DNA from: an uncultured Gemmatimonadaceae bacterium
GTDB lineage: Bacteria > Gemmatimonadota > Gemmatimonadetes > Gemmatimonadales > Gemmatimonadaceae
Reading direction: 5' to 3'
NCBI GenBank assembly: GCA_963817955.1
Contig: CAWFQK010000001.1
Span: forward strand, 416,001 to 480,000
DNA length: 64,000 bases
Made by a program: the position numbers and the translations under genes. The notes below the pieces were generated by a model. It did not search any database. It saw only the letters and a program-made list of their open reading frames with translations, and was not told the DNA's origin. Below are positions 42,849 through 53,469 of this stretch, one piece after another (position 1 is the first letter of the stretch; every line of letters begins with the position of its first letter).

Positions 42849-43297
42849 CGCGGCCCGAACGTGAAACGCTAGGCGCCGGGAGCAGCGAGCGGAGCGTGCT
42901 GGCAGTCACCGATACGCACAGCCTCCTCTGGCATGCGACGCAGCGCGTTCAGAAACTCGGGCTGCGGGCCCGCGAGCACTTCGAGCGGACCGACCGGCGC
43001 GAAGCGGCCGTCTACGTGCCGACGTTTGTCCTGGCCGAGGTGGGCGAGTTGGTCCACCTCGGCCGCGTACAGCTCCCGCGCCCATTTGAGGAGTGGCTCG
43101 ACGACCTGCTCGGGAGCAAGGTCTACATCCCGGCCGACCTCACCGCGGACGTGGTGCGTAGCGCACACAGTCTCTTTGCCATTCCCGAGCGTGGAGATCG
43201 ACTGATCGCCGCCACGGCGGTGGCGCTCGATGTGCCGCTCATCACCCGCGACGGCGAGATCGCGGCGTGCGCCCAGGTGGGGCGACTCTGGGACTGA
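42845..43297 (+). CDS. vapC: VapC/PIN toxin
   Basis: VTDTHSLLW, LAEV, DRLIAATA, LITRD. Confidence 0.88.
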   Translation: MTRPERETLGAGSSERSVLAVTDTHSLLWHATQRVQKLGLRAREHFERTDRREAAVYVPTFVLAEVGELVHLGRVQLPRPFEEWLDDLLGSKVYIPADLTADVVRSAHSLFAIPERGDRLIAATAVALDVPLITRDGEIAACAQVGRLWD

Positions 43298-43319
43298 CAA
43301 GGTGCTGGAAAACCTTCGC

Positions 43320-43480
43320 TCGGTGTCGCGGCTAAACCCCGCGGCGCCGTAGAGGATGCACGCCTGCCCGCCCATGAGCAGGTAGCGAACGCCATGTTCG
43401 CGCATGGAAGAAAGGACTATGCGAGCCGTGCCTACAGCACCGTTCTCCAGCGCACTCGACCTGACTGTTCGAGCCATCCC
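43320..43480 (-). pseudogene. Deleted remnant of the small-protein/nucleotidyltransferase pair found intact at 57879-58914
   Basis: Matches 58571-58675 joined to 58840-58899 through TGCGAG microhomology. Confidence 0.85.
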
Positions 43481-43546
43481 GGTGGACCCAGTCTCAGCGG
43501 TTCGCGCCGTTACCGCCGCCAGCACTGAACCTCGGACAAAGCAGTA

Positions 43547-44983
43547 CTAGTCAATCAGATCTGCGCTGGCGAACCCGAGGACGTCACCGGATGCGATTGC
43601 GGCTGCCACGCCATGCGACCATGCATCGTCGCCGGAGAAGACGGCGAAGTGCACGCGATGCACTGGTTGACCGGCCGGCAGATCGGTGAGGAGCAGTTTT
43701 GCGCGAGCGCGAAGGGTGTCGAGGTCGGGATCATCGACCCTACCCCATTTGCATTCGCCGACGAGGATGTCTCCGTCCAGTCCGACGGCGACGATGTCGA
43801 TTTCGTTCCGTGAGTCCGCGTCCCACCAGGCCCCGACCCTGCTGGGCTTGAATGGGAGTTTGGTGGTGCGGCCTACCCAAGCGCGGCAGATGTCCTCGAA
43901 GGGGGCACCCATGTAGTCGTCGAGCCGCGGTGCAATGCGCTGCTGCCACAGTTGCTCTGGCGCAACGAGGCTGATCTCGCCGGTGGCGATGAGGGGGGCA
44001 ACGAACCGGTGCCAGAAGGCAACGTACGGATCGTTAATTCGATACAGCGTCCGTTTGGAGTGCTGCGGGCTCGTCTCTGTGATGGGGACCATGCGGGCCA
44101 CGACCTGCATCTCTTCGAGCCAACGCATTGGACGAGAGAGGGAACCGCTGCCCTTCCCCAGCCTGCTCGTGATCTTGCTCCACGTGCGCTCTCCGTTCGC
44201 GATGGCCTGGATGATCGAATAATGGATGTCCGCGTCCCCCCCCCCGCGAAAGGCGTCAAGCATGTGCTGCGCCTCGTCGAACAGGCGTCCGGCCGGGGTT
44301 AGCATCTGTCGCATCACGTTCGCTGCGAGCGCCCGCTCGGGGTCGAGGAGGGCGAGGTGCCCCGGCAAGCCGCCGAAGATGCTGAAGATGATGAGGCGTT
44401 CCCGAGCGGTGTACCCCGGGACGAAGGCGCCGACGTATTCGTGGGTGAATGGCGGGAAGATGAGTCGTCCGGTTCGGCGACCGTAGAGCGGCTGATCCGC
44501 CTGCTCCAAACGCTGCATTGCCGAGATGTGCGACCCGTTGAGGACGAGCTTGAGACGGGTCTCGGGCCAGTGGTGGTCCCACACCGATTGAATGATCGAG
44601 GGTAGTGCTGGCGCGGCCGCCGCCAGATATGGGAACTCGTCGAGGATGAGGAGGAGCGGGACACCGGCAGCTCGGTCTGTGAGGTATTGGAAGAGGCTCT
44701 CCCAATCCGGGAGCGCCACCCCACGAAGTAGCGCCGCATCCTCAAAATGGCTCCCAATAATACGGCTGAGCGCCGCAAGTTGCTCAGTCTCCGTGCGGTT
44801 GGTGGCCTGGTAATAGATTCCGCCCACGGACTTCGCGAATCGAGTCAGGACCCAGCTCTTGCCTGCGCGCCGACGTCCAACGCCAAAGATGAGATCGGGG
44901 GAAGATCGGTTCCAGATCTCGTTGAGTTCCTGCCACTGGGCATCTCGGTCGATGATGTCGGCAGGCTTTATTGGTCGAGGCAT
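43547..44983 (-). CDS. ATPase_2/DUF234-type ATP-binding protein with C-terminal PD-(D/E)XK-like domain (ATPase-3)
   Basis: GRRRAGKS, LDEFPYL, LNGS, PLYGRRT, GGLP, EIDIVA..GECKW; upstream 2x TTGTA-N4-TACAA (45012-45040). Confidence 0.9.
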   Translation of the reverse strand: MPRPIKPADIIDRDAQWQELNEIWNRSSPDLIFGVGRRRAGKSWVLTRFAKSVGGIYYQATNRTETEQLAALSRIIGSHFEDAALLRGVALPDWESLFQYLTDRAAGVPLLLILDEFPYLAAAAPALPSIIQSVWDHHWPETRLKLVLNGSHISAMQRLEQADQPLYGRRTGRLIFPPFTHEYVGAFVPGYTARERLIIFSIFGGLPGHLALLDPERALAANVMRQMLTPAGRLFDEAQHMLDAFRGGGDADIHYSIIQAIANGERTWSKITSRLGKGSGSLSRPMRWLEEMQVVARMVPITETSPQHSKRTLYRINDPYVAFWHRFVAPLIATGEISLVAPEQLWQQRIAPRLDDYMGAPFEDICRAWVGRTTKLPFKPSRVGAWWDADSRNEIDIVAVGLDGDILVGECKWGRVDDPDLDTLRARAKLLLTDLPAGQPVHRVHFAVFSGDDAWSHGVAAAIASGDVLGFASADLID

Positions 44984-45138
44984 GGTCGCATCCGATGCGT
45001 CGTCGCAATTGTTGTAGCGCTACAACTTGTATGGCTACAACATAGATGCTGCTCCGGCGCGAGGCAATATGATCCTTGGACGCTCCAGTTGGCCTCGGCC
45101 AGCGGGTGCGGATTGCGACGGTGGTGACGGTCGAGATG

Positions 45139-45678
45139 TCAGCGAGGCGAACTGGGGACGCCGCGGGGCGCGGTAAGTTCGATCACCCGTTGAACTGTGC
45201 CCATCGGCATGAACATGGGGCGATTGGTCGCTTCCGCGCCGAGCGACGTAAACCCCATCTTCTCGTAAAACGCGGTGCTCTTGGCATCGCGGGAGTGAAG
45301 GAAGATCCCGGTCGATCCGACGACTTCTGCCGCAGCAGCGCTCCGCCTCATGGCGTCGACCATCAGCTCCGTTCCGATCCCCTTTCCCTGCTGGCCTCTG
45401 GTGACGGCGAACATGCCAATGTAAGTCACGGACAACGGATACTTCGGGAGCTTGCCGCCGAGCACCGGTTGCAACGTCTCCGGCGTCGCATTGCTGGCGG
45501 ACAGCGTGTAGAACCCGAGGACTTGGTCAGCAGCCTGCGAGTCGAGAATCACGTACGCGCGCCCAATCTCGGCACGGTCGTTCCCGTAGGCGCGCTTCGA
45601 CAGGAATGCGTCAAGGGTGGGCTCTCCACAGGAGAACCCACCCTTGCCGTCCCCCTCCGCGATGCCGCGAATGATCAT
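45139..45678 (-). CDS. GNAT acetyltransferase toxin (AtaT/TacT-like)
   Basis: FSCGEPTLDAFL, GFYTLS, QGKGIGTELM, FYEKMGF. Confidence 0.88.
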   Translation of the reverse strand: MIIRGIAEGDGKGGFSCGEPTLDAFLSKRAYGNDRAEIGRAYVILDSQAADQVLGFYTLSASNATPETLQPVLGGKLPKYPLSVTYIGMFAVTRGQQGKGIGTELMVDAMRRSAAAAEVVGSTGIFLHSRDAKSTAFYEKMGFTSLGAEATNRPMFMPMGTVQRVIELTAPRGVPSSPR

Positions 45679-46031
45679 CGCGCCGTGACCAGACTCGGTC
45701 GAGCGAAAAGCTCACACAGAGCGGCGGTCGGCTCTGGCGGGTTCTCGATGAGTTCCATCATGCGGCTGTACGCTGCATCGGTGACGCGGAGACGGTCGGT
45801 CGAGCGAGCGCGTTCGAGGACCGGCATGTCGAGCTCTCGCACGGCTCCCTCCTCGGTCACGCTGGCGATATGGCGTCCTTGGCGGATCTGGCCGACACAC
45901 CAGTCCATCAACTGCAGCGCGTTGCGGATCAGGTCGGCATTGCCGGTCCTGAGGACAGCCTGCAGTCGTTCGACCTGCTCAACGTCCGCCGGATCGTTGA
46001 GGGTTGCTTCAAGCCGGAGTGCGGTCGCCAA
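45675..46031 (-). CDS. DUF1778-like antitoxin
   Basis: C-terminal LRVTDAAYSRMMELIENPPEPTAAL; TTG start after an AGGA RBS. Confidence 0.78.
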   Translation of the reverse strand: MATALRLEATLNDPADVEQVERLQAVLRTGNADLIRNALQLMDWCVGQIRQGRHIASVTEEGAVRELDMPVLERARSTDRLRVTDAAYSRMMELIENPPEPTAALCELFARPSLVTAR

Positions 46032-46308
46032 GGCGGCTTCCTGAGAGATGATACTCAAATAGTACCGGTATTTCCCCGGAAAATCAACGGGTGGATTACC
46101 GCCAAGAGCCCGGTATTCCACCGTGAAATGACTTTGATAAGGCGCCGCGGAACTGCGGGACCGCGCTCAACCGGGCGTAAGTGCGCTCACGTTACGCTGG
46201 ATTCGTTCGAGTTCGCCTGATAGTGCATCTGGTTGCCGGGCGAAACGACATATGGTATAGTATATGAAACCGTACTAGCACAGACAGTATCATATACTAT
46301 ACGACACA

Positions 46309-46641
46309 ATGAAAGCAGCCACGCACGACCGTCTTCCTCTCGCTGTCCGCCGTTCGCTCACGAAGTTGGGGCGTGACGTGGCGACCGCCCGGAAGAAACG
46401 CCGGTTGACGATGGCCATGATGGCCGAGCGGGTCGGGATCACCAAGGTCACGTACATCCGTGTCGAACGGGGAGACCCGACCGTGGGCATGGGGATCTAT
46501 GCCATGGTCCTTTTCGTCCTGGGACTGGGGGCACCGTTCGCCGATCTAGCCGATCCTGGTTCGGATGACCAGGCGCTCCTGCTTGAAGCCGAGCGCTTGC
46601 CGACCCGAGTGCGCACCAAGCAGGAGCCGACTGCACAATGA
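46309..46641 (+). CDS. XRE-family HTH antitoxin
   Basis: ARKKRRLT..MAERVGI..VERGDPTV..LFVLGL. Confidence 0.88.
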   Translation: MKAATHDRLPLAVRRSLTKLGRDVATARKKRRLTMAMMAERVGITKVTYIRVERGDPTVGMGIYAMVLFVLGLGAPFADLADPGSDDQALLLEAERLPTRVRTKQEPTAQ

Positions 46642-47942
46642 AGCGCACGATCAACGTATACCTCGGTGAAGCGCCCAAGCACATCGGCGTCCTCCGGTAC
46701 AACCAGGAGGGCGCGCGCGAGAGCGCGAGCTTTGAGTATGAAACGGCGTGGCTCATCGACCCACAGCGCTTCGCGATTGATCCGTTGCTCCCACTGCAAG
46801 CGGGCGCGCAGTATCGCAAGCGGTCGGAGGGAGGCTCGATCTTTCACTCCGCGATTGCGGACACGGAGCCCGACGGGTGGGGGAAGACGGTCATCCGGCG
46901 TGACCATGCGAAGCGTCGCGCTGCCGCCAAGGCGGCTGGTCAGCCGCTTCCCCCGATTGAAGGCGCACTCGACTTCCTGCTCGGAGTAGACGACCCGAGC
47001 CGCATTGGCGCGCTCCGCTTTCAAGATGAGTGGGGAGTGTTCCAGCGCGCGATAGCACCTGGGCAGCGGTCGGTCCCACCACAAGTTGAATTGCAGCATC
47101 TCATTGCCGCCACCAGCGCGGTCGAGCTCCACCAGGAGACGGCGGAAGACTTGGCCTATCTCCGCGGTCGTGGCACATCACTGGGCGGACTCCGACCCAA
47201 GGCGACGATCGTCGATCACGCGGGGCGACTGGCCATCGGCAAGTTCCCGAGTGTGCGCGACGAGCGGGCCGTGACCAAAGGCGAGGTGCTGGCCTTACAT
47301 CTGGCGACCCAAGCGGGGGTGGACGCGGCGCATGCGAGCTTGGTCATGAGCGAGGACGTACCGGTGGCCGTCGTGCGACGCTTTGATCGGGACGAGCATG
47401 GCAACCGTTTTATGTATGTGTCGGCAGCAACACTGCTTGGCGTCGAAGCCCAAGGCGCCGACCAATACACCTATACGGACATTGTGGACACCATCCGGCA
47501 GCATGGAGCGAAGGCGCAGCATGACATCGACGAACTATGGCGCCGCATAGCGTTCTCCATCCTCATCAACAACGGGGACGATCATCTGCACAATCACGGC
47601 TTCCTGCACGCGGAGTCGGGCAAGTGGCGTTTGTCGCCGGCGTTCGACGTAAACCCGTTTCCGGACAGGGCCCGCGAGCTGAAGACGTGGATTACGGCGG
47701 ACACAGGTCCGGCTGCGACGATTGACGCCCTTCTCTCGGCGACGAAGTACTTCGCGATTCAGCCGTCGCGCGCCCAGGACATCCTGAAGGCGGTCGAGAG
47801 GGCTGTGTCGCAATGGCAAAGCGTTGGCCGAGCACTGGGGATGTCAGAGATCGACCTCGCGCAGTTCGCCGATGCGTTTGAGCACCCGCAACGTGAGGCC
47901 GCCCGTAAGGCGTTTGCGATGCGCCCTGCTCGCAGCATCTAA
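46638..47942 (+). CDS. hipA: HipA-family kinase toxin
   Basis: PDGWG, SLGGLRPKA, KFP, RFDR, NGDDHLHNHGF, LSPAFDVNP. Confidence 0.92.
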   Translation: MKRTINVYLGEAPKHIGVLRYNQEGARESASFEYETAWLIDPQRFAIDPLLPLQAGAQYRKRSEGGSIFHSAIADTEPDGWGKTVIRRDHAKRRAAAKAAGQPLPPIEGALDFLLGVDDPSRIGALRFQDEWGVFQRAIAPGQRSVPPQVELQHLIAATSAVELHQETAEDLAYLRGRGTSLGGLRPKATIVDHAGRLAIGKFPSVRDERAVTKGEVLALHLATQAGVDAAHASLVMSEDVPVAVVRRFDRDEHGNRFMYVSAATLLGVEAQGADQYTYTDIVDTIRQHGAKAQHDIDELWRRIAFSILINNGDDHLHNHGFLHAESGKWRLSPAFDVNPFPDRARELKTWITADTGPAATIDALLSATKYFAIQPSRAQDILKAVERAVSQWQSVGRALGMSEIDLAQFADAFEHPQREAARKAFAMRPARSI

Positions 47943-48023
47943 CCCGACAGCTTCTGCGAGGATCGAGGGGCAGGTGGGCGGCGATCCCTCAGTCGCGCAC
48001 CTGTGGTAACACGCCTGAGAACA

Positions 48024-49124
48024 TCACGCAGTGATTGCGTAGCTCGTACTGCGACCGCCTGCGGGACCTTTGCTGAGGATGTTCATTTCTACCAGGGCGA
48101 CGATATCTCGGATGGCCGTGTCCTGAGAGCACTTTCCGATTCTGGCCCACTTCGATGAGGTGAGCTTACCCTCAAAACCATCGAGCAGCAGGTTGAGCAC
48201 CTTGATCTGGCGCCCATTGAGTTGGGCGGCAGCGTGCCGCTGCCAGAAGTGAGCCTTGGAGAGCACGGCAGAAAGGGTGGCCTCGGCGCCTTCGATCGCG
48301 CGGTGCAAGCATCCGAGAAACCACTCCATCCAGCGCGTCACGTCGACGGTGTCTTTTTGAGTCCGCTCGAGGGCGGTGTAATAGGCGCGTCGTTCGGCCT
48401 GGATCTGGGCCGACATGCTGTAGTAGCGCTGGGGGCAGTTCTCCGAGCGCGCCAGGGCGAGGTCGGCGATCGCGCGGGCAATGCGACCGTTGCCATCGTC
48501 AAACGGGTGGATCGTGACGAACCACAGGTGTGCGAGTGCGGCCTTCAGGACGGGGTCGATCGCCGGCGACGCGTTGAACCAATCGAGGAAGCGCCCCATT
48601 TCGGCGTCGAGGCCCTCTGCTGGTGGAGCTGAATAGTGGACCCGCTCGTGACCGATGGGTCCGGAGACGACCTGCATTGGCCCTCCGGAGTCATCACGCC
48701 ACGCCCCAACACGGATTTTGCTCATGCCGGTGCGGCCGGTTGGGAAGAGTGCGGCGTGCCACCCAAAGAGCCTGTCCTCCGTCAGCGGATCCGCGAAGTT
48801 ACGAGTGGCGTCGAGCATCATTTCCACGACGCCTTCGACGTGACGATCAGCCGGGGTGAGCGCGCCAACATCAATCCCAAGGCGGCGGGCGAGGGATGAT
48901 CGCACCTGAGCGGCGTCCAGCTTCTCGCCCTCGATTTCGCTCGTTTTCAGAACATCCTGCGTAAGAGTTCGGAGGAAGGCCTCCTCACGCAACGCGAACC
49001 CGAGCGACTCCATGCGGCCGAGTAGCCGCCCCTGCTCGTGGCGCAAGTCGGCCAAGGGTTGAGCCAATCGCAGCTCGTCCCAGCGAAGCTTCGGCCACTC
49101 CGGCTGTTCCCATATGTAGCGCAT
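48024..49124 (-). CDS. Fic family protein (DUF4172 + Fic + wHTH)
   Basis: YIWEQPEWP, TSEIEGE, HPFDDGNGRIAR, GGRSTSY. Confidence 0.93.
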   Translation of the reverse strand: MRYIWEQPEWPKLRWDELRLAQPLADLRHEQGRLLGRMESLGFALREEAFLRTLTQDVLKTSEIEGEKLDAAQVRSSLARRLGIDVGALTPADRHVEGVVEMMLDATRNFADPLTEDRLFGWHAALFPTGRTGMSKIRVGAWRDDSGGPMQVVSGPIGHERVHYSAPPAEGLDAEMGRFLDWFNASPAIDPVLKAALAHLWFVTIHPFDDGNGRIARAIADLALARSENCPQRYYSMSAQIQAERRAYYTALERTQKDTVDVTRWMEWFLGCLHRAIEGAEATLSAVLSKAHFWQRHAAAQLNGRQIKVLNLLLDGFEGKLTSSKWARIGKCSQDTAIRDIVALVEMNILSKGPAGGRSTSYAITA

Positions 49125-49272
49125 AATCTCCGTACCTCCTGAGGAGATTATAGTCGCCAATCACCGCACGTCCAAGTCAATCGCCGCACTCTATGCGGAT
49201 ATTAGCGTGCTCAATCTCCGCATCACCCGCTGTCCCGATCGCGAGATTCCGCGCGCCGCTGCAGAGCCAGTC

Positions 49273-49668
49273 TCAACGGCGAGAAGCGTGCTGTCGCTGC
49301 TCAGCCAGTCGATCCAGGATGCTGCCTTGGTAACTGTTCCAGATGGCCTTGCGGTCGCCGATCAAGAGCACCCACACCTCATGAGCTGAGTTCTCGATAT
49401 GGTAGGCAACGCGCAGATGACCTATGCTGAGCTTGTATAGCCCATGCAGGGGCGCATGCAGCGGGGCGCCATACTCGAGCGGGGCACTGGGAAGCTTCTT
49501 GAGTATCGCCTGCTTGGCCCGCTCGAAGGCTGCGTGCCCGATCTCCGGCAAATCCTCGGAGAGGATGCGCGGTGAGAACCGGAGGCGCCAATACGAACCC
49601 TGGTCGCTCTGCCCGAGCGCTGCCTTGCCCGAAGAAGGCTCGGCGGGCGACCGACGTGGTTTCTTCAC
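49273..49668 (-). CDS. RelE/ParE-family toxin
   Basis: P..YGAPLHAPLHGLYKLSIGHLRVAY..VLLIGDR. Confidence 0.8.
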   Translation of the reverse strand: MKKPRRSPAEPSSGKAALGQSDQGSYWRLRFSPRILSEDLPEIGHAAFERAKQAILKKLPSAPLEYGAPLHAPLHGLYKLSIGHLRVAYHIENSAHEVWVLLIGDRKAIWNSYQGSILDRLAEQRQHASRR

Positions 49669-49693
49669 GACGATCCGCGACGCTGATCGGCAG

Positions 49694-49999
49694 CTACTTC
49701 TTCGCGCGCGCCGCCATGGCGGCGTCAGCCTTCGCAAAGAAGTCGTCCGCGTCGAGGAGGGCATCAGCGCCAGCGCGAACGGCGGCGATGCGATCAGTCG
49801 CGATTCCAGCGATTTGGAGATTTTCCAGGGCGTCCTCGAGAATACCCATCATCTCCATGCTGATGATGCCGCCAATGGGCTGACCATCCTTCGTGACGTA
49901 GACGCGATAATGCTCAGCCGCCTTGAAGGCGCCTCGAACATCCTTCTTGACCTCAGTGGTCGAGATCACCGCGGCCCGCGGGGCGTCGATTACCAGCAT
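49694..49999 (-). CDS. Phd/YefM-like antitoxin
   Basis: ISTTEVKK..VYVTKDGQP..LEDALEN. Confidence 0.78.
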   Translation of the reverse strand: MLVIDAPRAAVISTTEVKKDVRGAFKAAEHYRVYVTKDGQPIGGIISMEMMGILEDALENLQIAGIATDRIAAVRAGADALLDADDFFAKADAAMAARAKK

Positions 50000-50217
50000 T
50001 GGAACTCCAACCAAAGGTATGCGAAAAGGTACTCTCTAAAGTACCATATGGTGGCTCCGATGGCAAGTTGTCGCATGACGGGCTTGGCGTGATCAGTGGC
50101 GGACGACTGACAACCCACCACTGACCACTGACGACCCCAGCCCTTGACGCTTTCTTCCCTTTATGTAACCTTCTTCGACAACAGCCACTTCCTTCCCTTT
50201 ACGTAATCTCAAGCGAC

Positions 50218-50475
50218 GTGGAGCTTACCCCGCGAATCATTCAGACCCCCGAAGAGTTCGGCGCGGTGCTCCGCGCCGAACGACGCGCGCGCCACCTGAC
50301 CCAAGCAAAGGCCGCCGCCCTAGCTGGCGTGAGCGAACGCCTGTGGAACGAGACCGAACGTGGGAAGCGTTTGCAGCTCGGCATGGATACCGCCCTCCGG
50401 ATGCTCCAGACCCTCGGGTTCGATCTTGGCCTTGTGGCCCGGGCGCGCCGCGGAACCGCTTCGGGAGCATACTGA
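50218..50475 (+). CDS. HipB-like HTH antitoxin
   Basis: LTQAKAAALAGVS..ERG; repeated TTCCCTTT..GTAA operator-like sites upstream. Confidence 0.85.
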   Translation: MELTPRIIQTPEEFGAVLRAERRARHLTQAKAAALAGVSERLWNETERGKRLQLGMDTALRMLQTLGFDLGLVARARRGTASGAY

Positions 50476-50479
50476 GACG

Positions 50480-51821
50480 ATGGTCCGGCGCGCGGCCAAC
50501 CGCTACGACACGTCGTCGCCCAAGCTCGACGTCATGCTCCACGATGTGCCGACCGGCACGGTCGGGGAGTCCAACGCGAGCGTGCGGTTTCTGTACGACG
50601 ACGCGATTGTCCGCTCGGACTTCGGCGATCGGTTGAGCGCGCAGGCGATCTCCGTGCGGATGCCAGTGGCAGCCGCGCCGTACGATCACGCGGCAACCCT
50701 CGTGTTCTTCGACAACCTCCTGCTCGAGTCCGACACTCGGTCCGAACTCGCCCAGCTCGATGGGCGCGACGCCTCCGATGTGGCCGGCCTGCTCGGCCGC
50801 GTGGGGGCCGAGTGCGCCGGCGCCGTGTCCCTCTGGCCTCACGGCGCGCCGCAGTGGGGAGCGCTCCTATCGCGAACTTTCGGTCGCCGAGGTCGAAGCG
50901 CTCTTCGATGAACGTCATGGGGAGCGTTTCTCCCAAGCGCTCCTCGAAAGCCAGCAGGTCATGAGCGGCGCGCAACGGAAGCTCGTGCTTCGTCGCCACG
51001 GCGACACATGGGCGCTCCCGTTGCACGGCGCACCGAGCACCCATCTCATCAAACGCTCGAGTGGACGCTACGACGGCCTCGTGGCCAACGAGCTCGCGTG
51101 CCTGCGGCTCGCGAACACACTGGGACTGACAGTGCCAGAGGCGTGGAGCGCGGGCACCGTGACAACGTGGCCGGACGGCACGACGGAACCGCGGATGATC
51201 GCCATCACCCGGTTCGACCGTGAGGTGCGCCCGGACGCGACAATCACGCGCCTCCATCAAGAAGATCTCTGCCAGATCACTGGTCGGCGGCCCAGCGCCA
51301 AGTACCAAGCGAACGGGGGACCCACCCTCCGGGATCTCGCTACATCGATCCGCCGCTACAGCGTGGCGCCGGACACCGACCTTCAGGCCGCACTCACCAT
51401 GACCGTCGCCAATGTGTGCCTCGGCAACGGCGACGCGCACGGCAAGAACTTCGCTCTGCTCTCCAACGCGAACGGTGAGCGACGGCTGGCCCCGTTCTAC
51501 GACGTCGTTTCCACCGACGTCTACCCGGCGCTCACCCCGACATTCTCGATGACGTTCGGCCATGCGGTGCGCGCCACCGAGTTGAGTGCGCGCGATCTCG
51601 ACCGCGTCGCTCGTGACTTCGGAATTAGCCCGTCGCTCGTCCGCACGACCGTCGAGTCCGTCACCACGACGCTGCCGCGGGAGCTGGACAACGTACTCGA
51701 TGGGGTAGAACGGGAGATCGGCGTGGCGACACCCGTGCTCCAACGCCTCAGCGCCCTCGTGCGCGCGCGCACCGCCCAGATGGAAGGGCTACTCGTGCGC
51801 GACAGCAACAGCCACGGCTGA
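50480..51821 (+). CDS. hipA: HipA-family toxin with N-terminal coupling domain (frameshift near 50860)
   Basis: ISVRMP..FFDNLLLE..ECAGAV in one frame; SGAQRK, STHLIK, RFDR, LHQEDLCQ, NGDAHGKN and LAPFYD in the next. Confidence 0.88.
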
Positions 51822-51853
51822 GCGAGTTACGGAACAATTACGACCACCCTACG

Positions 51854-52087
51854 GTGGAGCGGGCCCAACGCCTGATGGGCGATGCGCTGCGACGGTGCCT
51901 CGACGGTCTGGAGGCGATCGGCTCAGTCGGCATTTTCCTCGACTCCCACGACGAGGCGAGCACGCGGTTCTACCAGGGCCTCGGGTTTGAACTGATCCCG
52001 CATCTCCCGTCGATGACTGCTCCCTACCGGCAGCCGATGTTCCTCTCGATGAAGACGCTTCGGTTCGCGAAACGGGCGGGCACGTAG
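51854..52087 (+). pseudogene. 5'-truncated GNAT toxin remnant (paralog of 45139)
   Basis: LMGDAL..GSVGIFLDS..FYQGLGF..PMF aligns only to the C-terminal half of the intact GNAT. Confidence 0.75.
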
Positions 52088-52097
52088 ATCGGCCCCG

Positions 52098-52412
52098 CTA
52101 CGCCATGCGGCGCTGTGCTGCTGCACGCTCCTCGTGCTCGAACGCGTCGGCGAAGCTCTCGGCCTCCTCCCGTGTGAAGCCCAGGGAGGCTGCCATCTCG
52201 CGCCATCCGGCGACGGCGCGCGGCGCGAATTGCGGTCCTCGGACCAATGGGAGCGTTGGGTCGATCTTGTAGCGTGCCGGATCGCTGAGCCATGTGGCGG
52301 CGTACTCGAACGCCGCGTGCTCCCGCCGGCCCTCCTGCGTGTAGCGGATCTGCCCGACGAGGGTGTCACCAACGAGCACATCAAGCTGGCGCTGTACGGA
52401 GGGGGAGACCAC
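52098..52412 (-). pseudogene. HipA remnant with the kinase core deleted in frame
   Basis: N-terminus (RYTQEG..FEY..IDP.LPL) fused to C-terminus (FADAFEH) of a 46638-type HipA. Confidence 0.8.
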
Positions 52413-52415
52413 GGG

Positions 52416-52745
52416 CTACTTGGGCTGGGGGGTACGCTTGGGCCGGACCTTTTTTGGCAGATCGGCGATCTCCAGGGCAGTCCCCATTTCGTCGGCCTGT
52501 GGGTCGGCACTGCGTTCGAAGCTTTCCCACTCGAGGCCGAGAACGAACATCGCCATGAGGTACGTCCCCATGGCCACGGTGGGGTCGCCGCCCTCGACCC
52601 GGCTATAGGTCTGGCGGCCCACTCCGATGCGCTCGGCCATCATCGCGGCGGTCAGCTTGCGGCGCCGGCGAGCGACGTTTATACCGCGACCGAGCTGGAC
52701 CATCGAGCGTCGGACCCTGGATGGAAGAACGTCAGATGTAGTCAT
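52416..52745 (-). CDS. XRE-family HTH antitoxin (paralog of 46309)
   Basis: ARRRRKLTAAMMAERIG..VEGGDPTVAMG. Confidence 0.85.
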   Translation of the reverse strand: MTTSDVLPSRVRRSMVQLGRGINVARRRRKLTAAMMAERIGVGRQTYSRVEGGDPTVAMGTYLMAMFVLGLEWESFERSADPQADEMGTALEIADLPKKVRPKRTPQPK

Positions 52746-52904
52746 ATGCACGATAAAACAGGTGACATTGCTTATTAGGCATGATATATCACGCTTAACA
52801 AGCGTGTCAACGGCAAGCACTGCGCTCCGCATGGGCTGGGTGCGAAGGATACGTGATTGGCCTTCCGCGTGGCGGCCGGAATCCGAGCCGAGCCGCGGGT
52901 GGCT

Positions 52905-53155
52905 GTGATCAGTTTTCAGTTTTCAGTGGTGAGTGGTGAGTATACGGGGCCTGCGCACCAGGGTGCCTGGCGCGCAGGCCACTATCGCCGGTCGGCGAGG
53001 TTCGGGTGTCCAGTTGTGCGTTGTGAGCTGTGAGTTTTAAAAACGCGCAACGCATAACACACTACTGGCAACTCGAACCTCGCCGACCGGCGGGCCAACC
53101 GCTACGGAGCAGCCAGCGACATCCAGCCGGAATAGAGCCCGGAGTCCAATCCACG
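52905..53155 (+). repeat. R element copy 8 (full)
   Basis: All three modules present. Confidence 0.94.
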
Positions 53156-53179
53156 CCTGCGCCAGTCGGCGATCGAGCC

Positions 53180-53242
53180 CTACGGCCAATTCACGCCCAT
53201 GGTGCGGTACGCCGCACCGGGCGGAGCATCCCCCCTTCGGCC
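53180..53242 (-). pseudogene. Last ~20 codons of a third tsdA-like copy
   Basis: Reads WPKGDAPPGAAYRTMGVNWP*, matching the 3' end at 56821-56883. Confidence 0.8.
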
Positions 53243-53469
53243 AGTCGAAGACGGGCTATATGACTACTATGACCTGGGCTAAACGACTACTACAAGGTCG
53301 AACCTGGCACCTTTCCGTAACGCGTGTAGTATCCCCTATCGGCAGATGCCATGGGATACTTGCTATCCAGTCCGTATTTCTGGGATACTGGTCCAATATC
53401 CCTCACGCATATATTCTCCATTGTTGGGATATACGAGTGGTAGTCTCCCTTTACCTACATCTAGGGAAT